A stretch of DNA of 64,000 nucleotides, taken from Eledone cirrhosa (taxonomy: Eukaryota). Shown in pieces: positions 1 to 13,563 of the stretch (positions are counted from its first letter, which is position 1; every line of letters begins with the position of its first letter). The stretch is taken from the NCBI GenBank assembly GCA_964016885.1, contig OZ024747.1:13392001-13456000 (forward strand), in the 5' to 3' direction. The notes under the pieces are model-generated. The model searched no databases, was not told the DNA's origin, and worked only from the letters and a program-made list of their open reading frames with translations. Both the position numbers and the translations under genes were made by a program.

Positions 1-218
1 GGATTCATATTTAAATTAGAATCTTTCAACATAATTTTATCTTCGATCCATAGATTAAGTTACTATCTTAGTATTGAAATAATTGATAATTTTAGTAAAT
101 CTCTTAGAATTCTTCATTAATTAATTGAAATATTGTATTTCATTAAAAATACAGCCATTAAAAGGTTAATTTACAATCTATTGATCTTCACACATATAAT
201 CATCTCTATTTATGACAG

Positions 219-345
219 GACATCTGTATTTCTGCTGTGAAAGAAAAAGACATTGAAGCTAAACTGAAACAAGTAATTCTTGACTGGAACACTCATGATT
301 TCCAGTTTTCAACATTCAAAACAAGAGGAGAATTACTGTTAAAAG
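219..345 (+). CDS. DNAH5: Dynein heavy chain exon 1 in window ([19 protein letters not shown]...RGELLLK)
   Basis: cag|GAC ... G|gttagt; 127 nt; linker region. Confidence 0.92.
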
Positions 346-772
346 GTTAGTTAAATATCTTATATATCTTTCAGTTTTACTATTATATTACATGAAGGGC
401 AGGGGATTGGAATAAATGATAATGCTGTTGGTAATATACTCTACTATATTTATCCTGGCTTTTTATGTTCTGATTTCAAATCCCGATAAGGTCAACTTTG
501 TCTTTCTGGGGTTGATAAAATAAAGTACTATTTAAGTGTTGAAGCCAATATAATTGACTTCCCCAGAATTGTTGGCTTTTTGCCTATATTAAAATTAAAA
601 ACCATTATGATATAAGAATGGTCTAGTAGATTGTACACTAAAGTATAAATGGCCAGGTAGACTTTATGTTGTTGTGGCACCAGTCTGTGTATATGTTTTT
701 TAATGTCTAAAATGACTCTTCTACAATGTAATCATAAAAGACAGCTTGGGTTTTTTGTAATTTTTCTTGCAG

Positions 773-845
773 GTGATACTACCTCAGAGACTGTAGCATT
801 AATGGAGGACAGCTTAATGATTCTTGGATCACTTCTCAGCAACAG
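773..845 (+). CDS. DNAH5: Dynein heavy chain exon 2 (GDTTSETVALMEDSLMILGSLLSNR)
   Basis: cag|GT ... AG|gtctgc; 73 nt; phases match neighbours. Confidence 0.92.
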
Positions 846-1390
846 GTCTGCAACATTTCTTCTGTGATTTAATCACATTCAAATATATTTATTTTACAGA
901 CATTTCACATTCCATCTGATTTTATCCTCTACACATTCACTTATAACCTCTATCATTTTTTAAAGGAAAGGGTCGCCTTCGATCATGACTGAGTATAGGT
1001 CTGCCTCACAATGCACACACCTGTGCAGGATATATTGTGGAAGACCCTCTGACAACCATGTATGCAAATCAACCCTCTCCATGACACCTATACATCTTTG
1101 CACCACGTCTATAAATTCATTTACATATTATACTATTTTACATTTATAGAATCATTTATCCTATACCGTTTACACTCTGTACTTTAATAATGATTTCTAG
1201 TATAACTCTGTACCTTAATAATAGAAAGCATGTTAAAAGAAAAACCAAAAATGTTGAATATAATTTTATAACAGAAGTGAACTACAAAATTATTCAAGGG
1301 ACGCTATTTATATTTACAAAACTTTTAGTTACTTCCCTTATATTCCTTCACCATATTCCAAATAGCAAACATTATTGATTGATGATTGAA

Positions 1391-1583
1391 GGGCGATGGA
1401 TTGGCAGTATCGGTAGAGGGTCAGACGCCATGCTTTGATGTATAGAGTTACGGCCCTTGCCAGTCTGAGTTCAAATCCCGCCGAGGTTAACTTTGCCTTT
1501 CCTCCTTACGGGGTCGATAAAATAAAGTACCAGTAATGCACTGAGTAATTGCTGGCCTTGTGCCAAAAGTAGAAACAATTATT
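1391..1583 (+). mobile_element. SINE family A (tRNA-like head plus Meta-domain-like core)
   Basis: A-box-like TGGCAGTATCGG, B-box GAGTTCAAATCCC and core GCCTTTC(A/C)TCCTTACGGGGTCGATAAAATAAAGTACCAG. Many copies in the window; diverged ones near 470-600, 8195-8275, 14290-14500, 21140-21298, 40965-41150 and 57700-57835. Confidence 0.85.
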
Positions 1584-1809
1584 GATTGATGATTTTCAAA
1601 TAATTCTCAATAATTTAGACAGATTTAGTAATATAACCAACTTTTTGAATATTCAGCTGATGTTTAGAGCATAATTTAAAGGATCTTACCTAAAATTATG
1701 ATGGTAGATTTATAGATAAATATAAACATTTTAAAATAAACAGCTTAGTATTGTAGGATCTGGGGCATTCCAGGCAGTTTAGAATTGAAAGGGATATATA
1801 TTTATATAT

Positions 1810-2038
1810 TTAACCTTTTAGCATTTACATTACTCTATATTTACTATTATATTTTTGTGGTAAAGGCTTTACCTCACATAATTATCTCACATAATATCAA
1901 ATGTATGAGATTTTGATATTATTTATTTTGAGAACCATACCTTAACATCAGTATGAGTGACCAGTTACAGAAAGTTTGAGCAGAAAGAGGTGAAAGAATT
2001 CTGGCCTGATATGGCAGGTTTGAATGCTAAAGGGTTAA
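1810..2038. mobile_element. TTAA-flanked MITE (piggyBac-like)
   Basis: TTAA-CC(C/T)TTTAGCATT...AATGCTAAAGGG-TTAA; second copy at 17332-17547 and an interrupted inverted copy near 8027-8319. Confidence 0.8.
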
Positions 2039-2061
2039 ATATATAATTTGATTTTATTCAG

Positions 2062-2215
2062 ATATAATGCACCATTCAAGTTGACTATTCAAACATGGGT
2101 TCAAAATTTGACCAGTACAACAGAGATCATAGAAAACTGGTTGGTTGTTCAGAACTTATGGATCTATCTGGAAGCAGTTTTTGTTGGTGGAGATATTGCA
2201 AAGCAACTTCCTCAG
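2062..2215 (+). CDS. DNAH5: Dynein heavy chain exon 3 (YNAPFK...[23 protein letters not shown])
   Basis: cag|A ... CAG|gtaaat; 154 nt; conserved linker motif WIYLEAVF. Confidence 0.95.
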
Positions 2216-2489
2216 GTAAATAATAAGTAATAATGAAAAATACATTACAAGACCTTATATTATACACTAAAAGACTCCCCCCACTCTCTCTCTCTCTGAT
2301 TAGAAGTGTATCATGTGAAGGAATTTTTTCATTCGAATGACAAAATTCTAATCCTGTAGAAGCCATTTCTATATTAAATTTGATGTTTACACTCTACTGA
2401 TGTATTGAGTACCTCACTTATTGTGGTTACCCCTGACTGAATCCGGGACCCTCTCTCTCACACACACATATATATATATATAATAGTTC

Positions 2490-2955
2490 TAGTGATGGGC
2501 TCCCTATTATGAACACCTTACAGGGCAAAGGCATCCATAAATACACATGGAATAATGGGAATCGAAGATGGAGATCAATAATTGATTTTGTCATTATCTC
2601 TTCGATCCTGTGCTGGATGTTTGTGTTAAGAGAGGAGCTGAGCTGTCAACTGATCATCATCTAGTTATCTGCAGCCTGAAACTACCTAAAGCCAAGAAAA
2701 TTCACAAAACTGGCAAGACCATCTCAACCTAGAGGATAAAGTGGTAAGCGCTGGTGAATAAAGAAGTCAGAACCAGGTATGAAGATATTATTGCATCCAA
2801 ATTCAGAGAACTCCTTGAGCTAACTGAGGATGTTGAAATGGAGCGGAGACTGTTCAACAGAGTAGTTTCTGCTTCAGTGATTAAATGGTGTGGCCAAAAG
2901 TGGCTTGATGTAGTACTGGGTTGCAGGAGGACTCCTTGGTCAAAGATACCATCTG
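2490..2955 (+). pseudogene. RTE-like LINE relic, APE endonuclease C-terminus
   Basis: Frameshifted translation HKYTW...RSIIDFVIIS...VKRGAELSTDHHLVIC. Confidence 0.75.
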
Positions 2956-3500
2956 AGTAAAGAACAACGCTTACAAATCTTGGTTTGAAAGTAAGACCTC
3001 CATCTTGCACTTTTGGAGGTTTTAAGGTCAAATTCATTGAAAACATGCGGAAAAAATATAAAAAAAAAAAATCTAATTGTAAAGAAAACTCCAAAAGTGC
3101 AAAACTCCGAAGGTCTTCTGAACCTCCACTCCCCTCCGTTTTCTAAAAAGGCGCCATTTCCAAAGTTTGGAGGTTAATTTGTTGAAAACACATGACAAAA
3201 AGAATCTAGGAAAAAATAAAATTTCCCACCAAAAATGGGAAATTTTATTTTTTTTAAGGCTTTTTTTCATGTTTCTCAGAGTAGAACTATAAATTTATCA
3301 TAGTGGTTGCTATTAGAAAGGTCATCCAGCTGTAGAAACCATGCCAAAATAGAACATTCGATGAGGACATGGTCAATTGTCCTGTCTTGTTTCAGAATTG
3401 TAACAAATTTTCCAGCCCATGCTAGCATGTAAAATAGTACTTCTGCCGATGCTACTAATGATGATGATGATGAGTAAGTTGTTTATATAACATTTTACAG

Positions 3501-3767
3501 GAGGCGAAACGGTTCAGCAATATTGACAAGTCTTGGATGCGAATTATGCAGCGGGCTCATGAAATTTCAAATGTCGTAACATGTTGTGTGGGTGATGATA
3601 TTCTCTCTCGTCTTCTCCCACATCTTCTTGAACAGTTGGAAATGTGCCAGAAATCACTAACTGGCTACTTAGAGAAGAAAAGGCTTATTTTCCCTCGTTT
3701 CTTCTTTGTTTCCGACCCTGCGTTATTAGAGATTCTTGGTCAAGCAAGTGACTCGCATACAATACAG
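3501..3767 (+). CDS. DNAH5: Dynein heavy chain exon 4 ([12 protein letters not shown]...[34 protein letters not shown])
   Basis: cag|GAG ... CAG|gttagt; 267 nt; FPRFFF motif. Confidence 0.96.
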
Positions 3768-5291
3768 GTTAGTAAAATCATCTACTTTGTTGGTAACAAT
3801 TATTGTGTACTGCTCTGTTGTTTTGTTGTATGATATGCACTGGGTGGGTACATAAAAAATGTAATGATGTGAAGGGATTATTAAATAATGTTGCAGCTAT
3901 ATTTAAGTGTAAAGCATGTTTTGTGGGGAGCCATAGATGAAGAGAATGTTGAGCAGGAGTTTAGGGATGGTGTGGAGATGGAAGGTGTGAAAGCATTTTG
4001 TTACTTAGAAGACATTGAATGGAAAAGTTAGAGAATTATATATGATAGTATACAATTGTCACATCTTTACCGAATTAGCTCAATGTGTTTATATATTATA
4101 AAGGTTTGAAGAGTAAGAAGTTTTTAGTGAGAAAGATTTGAAGGTGTAGACATAAACACAAAGCAAATATAAATAAGTCTATCAATGGAAAAAATCAACT
4201 TTTACCTTTTAAAACCATATTTATTTCCTTATACATGTTAAATATAGTTTAAAAAGATAAAAGTTGATTTTTCCATTGATATACTTGTTTAGGCTTCCAT
4301 ACAGTTCATGTCTATCAAATTTCACTCACAAGGCATTGGTTAACCTGAGACTGAAGTAGATTTCTAAAGTGCTATGCAAGTGGGATTGAATATGAAATGA
4401 AATTACTTGTTTGCAAACCAAACCCCTTAACTACATTGTTATAGAAACATAGCATTGATCATATAGAAACATATCATTATGGGTTCATATATGCCTTTAT
4501 TGGCAATCAGAATGTATTAGTGCTATTGCTAAGATTTTGACTTTAGCAAATCTATTTAGTATGGTAGAATGAATGGATAATGTCAAATAGTAATGGATCT
4601 CTTTCTTATCTTGTGAATATCTGCAAGACAGACTGTCTGCATGTTAGATTGATTAAACAGATAAATATCATTTATGCTGTAAAGTGTAAAGACTTTAAAG
4701 TTGATCAATATCCCATGTTACATATTAAAACTTAGTTTAAAAATTAACCTAAATAAATAGACCCGTCTAACCCAGGCTAGCATAGAAGATAGATGTTAAA
4801 TGATGATGATGATGATGAAATAGACACAGGCATGTCTGTGTGGTTAAGGAGTTCACTTTACAACCACATTATTCTGGGTTCAGGTCCAGTTTTATACTAT
4901 AGCCTTGGCTTGTCTAATATTTTGTGAGTAAAATTTGGTAGACAGAAACTGAACAGAAGCCCATTTTATATGTACTAGAGCACCATGACCCTGGGTCATG
5001 TTCACTTTAAAAATATTTTTTAAAAATCATGTTCACTTAAAAATCATTTTTGAATTAAAATATACACAGACATGTCTCTCTTTCAATCTACTCTCTCACA
5101 ACCACGATCTCTTTCTCTCTGGAAAAACCCGGTATCTCAGGAACCCATGCTCCAATTTATGTGAAACTTGTTTTATTCCAATTGTATTCCCATTTCAGGG
5201 GAAACTTCCTTTCAAAGTATGTTCCCATTATGCACCATTTTGGCTGTATTAAATTACAGACACAATCACAGAATTTTAGTAGTATATATAT

Positions 5292-5634
5292 GGAGGCACA
5301 TGGCTTAGTGGTTAGAGCATTGGTCTTGCAATCGAAAGGTTGTGAGTTCAATTCTCAGACCAGGTGATGTGTTGTTTCCTTGAGCAAGACACTTTATTTC
5401 ACATTGCTCCAGTTTACTCAGCTGTAGAAATGAGATGATAGGGATTGGGGTCCATATCATTCCACTGCAAAGTGGTCGTGGAGGTGCCACGGCAAAAAAG
5501 CACCCAGCACTCACTGTAAATGAGGTTGGTGTTAGGAAGGGCATCCAGCTGTAGAAATCAAGCCAGAATCAATTCCCGTCCCAACCTTGCAAGCAGGGAA
5601 AAGCAGATGTAAAATGAAATGATGATGATGATGA
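5292..5634 (+). mobile_element. SINE family B (tRNA head, TCCTTGAGCAAGACACTT core, (GAT)n tail)
   Basis: A box TGGCTTAGTGG, B box GAGTTCAATTC; near-identical copies at 21571 and 47273. Confidence 0.87.
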
Positions 5635-6234
5635 ATGCTGATATATATATATAGTAATAATAATAAATTTGAAGATCCCGTTAAGGGTGAAAGCAGCGAT
5701 TCTTTGCTTTAACTTTAATCTGTTATTTTAATATATATATATATCAGACAGCCTCACTAGTGCTGATGGCACAATAAAATGCACCCAATCCATGTGGTTA
5801 GTGATAGCTGGCATCACCTGTTCTCATTACATACCTAAGCCTTCATTTTTTTCTTACATACACCTTAAATAATTACCTTTCTCTACAATTTTTGGCAATT
5901 CTCATATATCATCATCATCATCATCATTGTTTAACATCCATTTCCCACGTTAGCATAGGTTAGAGAAGTTGTCCTAACGGTGTGAGACAAGTCAGATCAG
6001 GTGACCATATCTTGCTTATATAGAACTGTTTTGGGCTTGGTTTCTATGGCTGGATGCCCTTCCTAATGTCAACCACATTTTTGTCTATCAAATTTGACTC
6101 ACAACTTCCCATGTAGTGTAACTGAACCCCTAACCATGTGGTTGCAAAACAAACTCCTTAACCACACAGCCATACCTGAAGAATCATTATCATCATTTAA
6201 CATCTGCAATCCTTGCTAGTAAAGGTTGGATCTT

Positions 6235-6277
<43 letters not shown>

Positions 6278-6295
6278 ACATATATATATATATAT

Positions 6296-6898
6296 TGTCA
6301 GGTCACCAGTTGGTGCTACTGGTAACATGTATCCCAGTACAACCTGTCCCATGGTCGGGTCGTTGGCGACTAAACTGGCAACCCCACCAAGGTTTCTTGG
6401 TGAGGAGGGTGACTTTGGACATCCTGCAGGACTAAAAACAAAACCTGGCAAAGGAGCTCTTAAGAGTCAATGGCCATCCAAAATCACCGGGAGAGATGAC
6501 CCCTTAGCCTTTGTCAAGGCAGAATTCTAAGAGAAGGAAAACTCTGATATAACACCTGCAACCCTGATGGTATCCAATGATGTTGACTTATTCTTCTTTT
6601 TGGTAAATATCATCTTGGTTAAGAGAGTGGGACTGGCTTTGTGCAGTGCCTTTGCTCACTATAAAAGCTTCACGGCACAGGCATTGCTTTATATCTGGAG
6701 ATCTCTCTACACTTGTCGTCACATGGTACCAAGGGCCCAACACTATGTGTCAATAATTGTCACAGGTGTAGTGTTTGTACCAGAGTTTTCAAGTCGCTGG
6801 CTGGACTAAAAGTCACACTTGTTTAGCGCATCGGTAGGGGTTCTCCTACATGGATATAAAGTAGTGGCCGTACTCGAAAACGAGTTGGCAGCCACCAT
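6296..6898 (+). mobile_element. Family C, about 600-bp non-autonomous retroposon (RTE-like 5' and 3' ends inferred)
   Basis: Near-identical inverted copy at 23767-24375 and partial copy at 34521-34831; diverged relatives near 24410-24620 and 56864-57215. Confidence 0.8.
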
Positions 6899-6960
6899 AT
6901 ATATATACACACACATATATATGTATATATACACACACACATATATATATACACACACAC

Positions 6961-7007
<47 letters not shown>

Positions 7008-8992
7008 CACACACATATATATATAGTAATAATAATATATATATATATAAAGATATATTTAAGATATATTTAAGATTAACCTTTTCTTCTAGCAAGATTC
7101 AGAATTCTCTATATTTTGCATACATTTATAAATTATTAACGTTTAGAAATATAAACATTGCCCCCCCCCCCCTCTCTACACACACATACATACACATACA
7201 TACACACAAAAAAAAGTTATCTTGGTGGATTACGCAAAGAAATATTTTCTTTCTCTGCAAGCATTCTGTGCATGCTGTTTGATATTAATCTTTCCATTTA
7301 TCTTCCAGGGATAATATATTACTTCCTGGTAAATATGTGCTCACTACTTCCTGAGAATAATACATAATATTCTCAAGTGTTGGGTCTAATTTTCATGTAA
7401 ATAAAAGAGGAATTTATAGGAGAATAAAAACATAGAAATGTCTAGAAATATATAGAAAATAACAAAACTTTCCTATGAATCCATTTATCAAAGAGAAAGT
7501 TATGTGTGATATCATCGTTATTGCACTTGAGAATTAAGTTTTAAAATAGACTTGTCTATTGAATATTTCTCCCCAGTTTATGGAATGGTATTTTCATTAT
7601 ATTTATCGGAAGATGAATTCAATATTTTTCAAAAGAAAGTTGGTATTTTTTCTTCTCCACTATTATAACTTCAATGCAATTTGGCTTTATTGCTCCCAAA
7701 GCTATTTAAAAAAAAAAAATGGTTTTAAAGTAAGTTTATTTAAAAGAATAGTTTAAAATATCTATATAACATTTAACATAATGTATCCTCCATTTTATGG
7801 TCTTTAGAAAACAGCTCCAGATAATGCAATGATACAAAATGAAAATGTAGTGGTAATAGTAATGTTAAACCCTTTTGATCCTAAACTGCCTGAATCTGTC
7901 CCAGGTTCTACAATACTAAGCTGTTTATTTTAAAGTGTTTATATTTATCTAGAAAAAAAAAACAAACAAACCTTCCATCATAATTATATGTAAGAACAAT
8001 TGTTAAGGTATATTCCAAATATCAACTTAATCCATTAGCATTTAAACTGGCTGTATCCAACCAGAATTTTCTCACCTCTTTCTGTTCAAACTGGCCCCCA
8101 ACCGGTCCCTCATACCGACTTCAAGGTATTGTTCTCAAAATAAATAATCTCATAGATTCGATATTATGTAAGATAAGGCCTTTACTGTGAAAATATAATT
8201 GTTTTTACTTTAGGCACAAGGCCAGCAATTAACCAGTGCATTACTGGTACTTTATTTTATCGACCCCGTAAGGAAAATATAATAGTTTATATCGAGTAAT
8301 GAAAATGCTAAAGAGTTAATAACGAGAATGTGAGTTATATTACTAAATTCTATCGAAATCTTCATTATTTTTTAAGGCCTTGTACCAAAAGTAGAAACAA
8401 TTATTTTTTAAATGAGGAGCGAGAGAGAGAGGTAAAGAAAGAATTGACCTCAGTACTGGACTGGTACTATTTTTTTTATTGATCTTGAGAGGATGCAAGA
8501 CAAACTCCTGCACCAGCGTTAGTCTATAAAAGACTAATCCTATATGTTAGTGTTACACATTAAGACTCAGTATTTGGTTTCTATGAGTCTTTAAACTATT
8601 CATTTGTTCTAAACAATCTTGTTGGGTTGCTAGGCAACAAACTGCTATAAGTCTCCATCTGACTATGTATTTCCCAAATAGTTTGTTAATCCTTTACTGT
8701 GAAAGTCAATAGCATTAATATCACCACTCTTTGATACATATTAAACTCTGATTAAACTATTCAAACACTACTGTCCCAGATTTTCTGACTTTTACGTAGA
8801 CGTGGGGCTTTGTAAACTATAAATTATTCATTCATATTTCGAAATTTATTTTCTCTATTAACTATTTATTGTATTTTTATATATGAATTATCTCGGTAAC
8901 ACACACATATGTGCATATGCATGTGAATATATATATAATTATACGTATTTGTATGTGTGTTCATATACATGCATATATATGTATATGTGCAT

Positions 8993-9027
<35 letters not shown>

Positions 9028-9044
9028 ATATGCCTGTATTTCTA

Positions 9045-9115
<71 letters not shown>

Positions 9116-9184
9116 CATCATCATCATCATCATCATCGTTTAACGTCCATGTTCCACGCTTGCATGGGTTTGGAGATATATATG

Positions 9185-9215
<31 letters not shown>

Positions 9216-9321
9216 GTATATGTATATATATATATGTATATATATATGTATATATATATATCTCCAAACCCATGCAAGCGTGGAACATGGACGTTAAACG
9301 ATGATGATGATGATGATGATG

Positions 9322-9371
<50 letters not shown>

Positions 9372-9665
9372 GTATATATATATATGTATATATATATATG
9401 TATATATATATATATGTATATATATATGTATATATATATGTATATATATGTATATATGTATATATATATATATATGTATTTATGCATGTATATATATATG
9501 CATGTATATATATATATATGCATGTATATATATATATATACATGCATATATATATTCCTTGCAAGCAGGGAAAAGCGGACGTAAAATGATGATGATGATG
9601 ATATGCATGTATATATATATATATATATATATAATTATGCATGTTTGTATGTGTGTTCATATACA

Positions 9666-9702
<37 letters not shown>

Positions 9703-10418
9703 GCATAGGTCTTTGTTAGACATTTCTATCATACTTTGTCTTTAAACCTGGTCCTAAAAAAGGCTACCAGGTTTTGGAGATGCAATATATTTTCAAGAAT
9801 CCACCAATGATAAGATCTTCCAATAAATGGAGGCTACAAAATGATTCGACAACAGAAATATTCAACTATTCTTTATCTGTCCTTTTTCAACGCTTTCTTT
9901 TCTTCCTTTTTTTCTCTTTCCTTTTTGTTTCCTAAATATACAGTGGGTATTACTTGGGGGTATATTACATACCTTTCCCAGTTAGTCACGGCTTACCAAC
10001 TTTTTTTTACGTCACTTGATGAATTGTTAAAAGAACAAAATATCTCTCTATAAATCTTTACTTATTATTGCTATCTAAATTGTCAAATATTTTTTCTCTC
10101 TTGTTTTCCTTTTTCTTTTTTCTCTCTTTTTTCCTCCCTTTTTTATTATCTCTTTTTTTTTCTTCCCCTTTTTATCGTATTTTGTCCTGATATAATTGTG
10201 TGTGTGTGTGTGTGGGGGGGGGGGGGGGGCTGTACATGTATGTATGTAAGCATCTATTTACCTACCTATACAAATTCCTACCTCCATGCCTGCTTGTCTG
10301 CCTATATATATATATATAAATATTTATACTCTGCTGTGTATTGAGTGCCTTACTTACTGTGGTTACCCCTGATTGAACCCGAGATAAACTTATATATATA
10401 TATGTGTGTGTGTGTGTG

Positions 10419-10469
<51 letters not shown>

Positions 10470-10694
10470 TGTTTTTACATCTGTTTCCCATGCTTGTATA
10501 AGTTGGACAGGTCCTTCTCAGCACAGCATTTCTCCACTCATTTCATCATCTTCTCTGTGAGTCCCAACAATCTGAGGTCAGCTCTCCCCACCTCAGCCCA
10601 GGTCTTTATATACTCACTTAAATTATTGAGTGAGTGGGAAACCTGAAGGTGTATCGGTTCTATTTAATAGCTTCATTTCAGTATTGTTATATAT

Positions 10695-10872
10695 TGGCAG
10701 TACCAGTAGAGGGTCAGACGCCATGCTTTCCAGCATAGTTACATCCCTTTACGATCTGAGTTCAAATCCCGCCGAGGTTGACTTTGCCTTTCATCCTTAC
10801 GGGGTCGATAAAATAAAGTACCAGTAATGCACTGGGTAATTGCTGGCCTTGTGCCTAAAGTAGAAACAATTA
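10695..10872 (+). mobile_element. SINE family A copy
   Basis: High identity to 1391-1583. Confidence 0.85.
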
Positions 10873-11274
10873 TATATATGTGTGTATGTGTGTGTGTGTA
10901 TGTGTGTGTGTGTGTATCGTCTTCTTTTAACGTCTATCTTCCACGCTAGCATGGGTTAGACGGGAATTGTCCCATTTGAGGTAAGATTGGTCGTATAGGA
11001 CTATCTGGCAGGTTTTCTAGGGTTGGATGCCCTTCCTAACACCAACCACATTTACAGTGTGGAATGAGAGCTTTTTACTGTGTTACCTACACAACCACAT
11101 TACAGCACATTACAGCGTAGACTGTTTTTTTCCCCCTCCCTTTTTCCCTTCTCTCTTTCCATCTATTTTTTCCTTCTTTTTTTGTCGTGACACCTACATA
11201 TATATAATTATTGTTGTATCCATAATATTATCGAAGGAATATGATGTGGAATACAATATTTTCGCATTTAATTA

Positions 11275-11341
<67 letters not shown>

Positions 11342-12288
11342 CAGGTATAATTAAATTGAAATGAAAACATCTTGATTTCATTGTTCTATGAATCTCAATG
11401 GAAATTAAATGCGAAAATATTGTATTGCACATCATATTCCTTCGATAATATTATGGAATCAACAATAATTATATTTTGTTATACATATGACAAGACAGAA
11501 AATCACCAGAACATAAAATTATTACTTAGATTACACAGCCACACACATACACACACAGATACACACACATATACACACATTATGTGTGAAGCTCAAAATG
11601 TTTGACTCATGAAGCACTGTGGAAATAAATTTATAATAAGATGCAGGATGCTCAAGTGTAGAATATAATTGCAATTACAGTCTGTTGCTATAAAAATTGG
11701 ATAAAGCTCCTTAGAGCTGGAAAATGTTGTTAACAGCTGCTATGAAGAATCAAATTCTGTTTCTCTCTGATACCAGTTGAGTGTTCTCACTATTGAGCTG
11801 AGGGACATCTTACAACGTCATGCCATCTAAATTAAGATGCTGAATTAAACAGCTTTTGAAAATGGAAACAAACCTCATGTATGAAGCTTAAATTTTCATG
11901 ATAAATGCACCCAGTACATACTGTTAAGTGGTTGGTGTTATGAAAGGCATTTAGCTGTAGAAAGCTTGCCAAACAAGGGTTTGAGAGGATCTTACAGTCT
12001 GTGTCAAAAGACATGACAACTTCTCCTCTGCACTTGATATGATTTCACACAAGCAGAATACAGATCAGTGGACCAGTCAGGGAGGTCAGTAGTCTTGCTT
12101 CAGTACTGACTTGATCTCTTGTAGACCCATCTAACCTTTACTATCAGGGAAAGTATATGTATGTATATATGTATGTATTTCATCATCATCATTGTTTAAC
12201 ATCCATCTTCCACGCTAGCATGGGCTAGGCAGGTTTGTCCCACTTGAGGCAAGATTGGTCAGGCGACTATGACTCACTCGTACAGAAG

Positions 12289-12340
<52 letters not shown>

Positions 12341-12673
12341 TACCCGACCTCCCATGGGTACATGCTGAAGCATATAAACAATATGCCCCCCCCCCCCCCC
12401 ACCGCAAGGTGGTCGTGGAGGTGCCACGGCAAAAAAGCACCCAGCCCACACTGTAAAGTGGACGTGTAGGCGCCACGAAAAAGCACCCAGCACTCACTGT
12501 AAATGAGGTTGGTGTTAGGAAGGGCATCCAGCTGTAGAAATCAAGCCAGATCAGTTCCTGTATGAGCAAGGCATGGTTAGCCGACCAGACACTGCCCACA
12601 ACAGGACAACCCGTCTAACCCATGCTAGCGTGGAAGAACGGACGTAAAACGGTGATGATGATGATGATGATGA
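12341..12673 (+). mobile_element. SINE family E with (GAT)n tail; fragment at 22768-22885
   Basis: Near-identical inverted copy at 63382-63723. Confidence 0.8.
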
Positions 12674-13285
12674 TATATATATACACACACATATATATGT
12701 GTGTGTGTGTGTGTATATATATAGAGAGAGAATATATATATATATTTGTCTGTTTTCTTTGCTAGCAAGGGTTGGACACACACATGTGCACGTATGGTGT
12801 ATGTGTGTGTGTGTGCATGCATGCACCATGTTGAATATCTAATAGTGTTTATGTTTGCTTAGATGTAACCTGTTCATTTTTATTTTGCTCCTCTAGACAT
12901 ACACACACACATATATGTCTAAGTTAATATTTATGTCTAAGTAAATATTTGTTTCTCTATGCATGTGTATTAAGTTGATTACTGTGTTTTATAGTGAGCC
13001 ATTCATATTTTAATGGATTACTATGTTAACTCCCTATGATGTCTTTCAGTGTTTATATGATTTGTAAATAGCTTAGGAAATTAAAGGACATATTTCTATG
13101 CTCATGAAATCTACATGAATATGGAATGTTTATCTTGAATTACGTGAAGAAATTTTGTTTAGGAGAAATTTAAATACTATAAGAATATACTGAATAGATT
13201 TCGCCCTTTAATCTAGTCTAGTCCATGTTGTCTAACTTAGTTTACCTTTACCTTATTCAATATAATATAATTTAGTTTAATCTCT

Positions 13286-13563
13286 TTAACTCTTTTTGAA
13301 ACCAAACTGGTTGAAATAACCCATGGTTCTTCAGTAGAGTTCCATTTAATTGAACACTTTCTAATGAAAGACATTACCCATGCTTTTCAAATAATTTTGA
13401 AAATGACCAAGAATTTAGAGTAATTTAGTAACACAACTAACTTTCTCATTACATAAAATTATGATGAAAGATTTTGTTTTAGATAAATATAGACATTTAA
13501 AAATAAACAGCTTTGCATCATTGAACCAAAGGTAGTTTCAGGCAGTTTGGTAATAAGAGTTAA
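13286..13563. mobile_element. Older TTAA-flanked MITE family; decayed copies near 1-170, 7865-8030, 19480-19635, 25971-26378, 42340-42525 and 58061-58270
   Basis: TTAA-CTCTT..ACCAAACTG / CAGTTTGGT..AAGAG-TTAA and a shared AT-rich interior. Confidence 0.6.

Noticed and set aside
5292-5365. tRNA gene
   Set aside because: A and B boxes are present, but the sequence runs into a SINE body in several copies and has no full acceptor stem.
6567-6809. Recurrent ORF MVSNDVDLFFFLVNIILVKRVG in up to three places
   Set aside because: It recurs only because it lies within repeat family C; no recognisable protein motif.
8883-9732. Overlapping YI/IY/HT-rich ORFs here and at 32.2-33 kb, 33.7-34 kb and 38.7-39.2 kb
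   Set aside because: Dinucleotide repeats lack stop codons; these are not genes.
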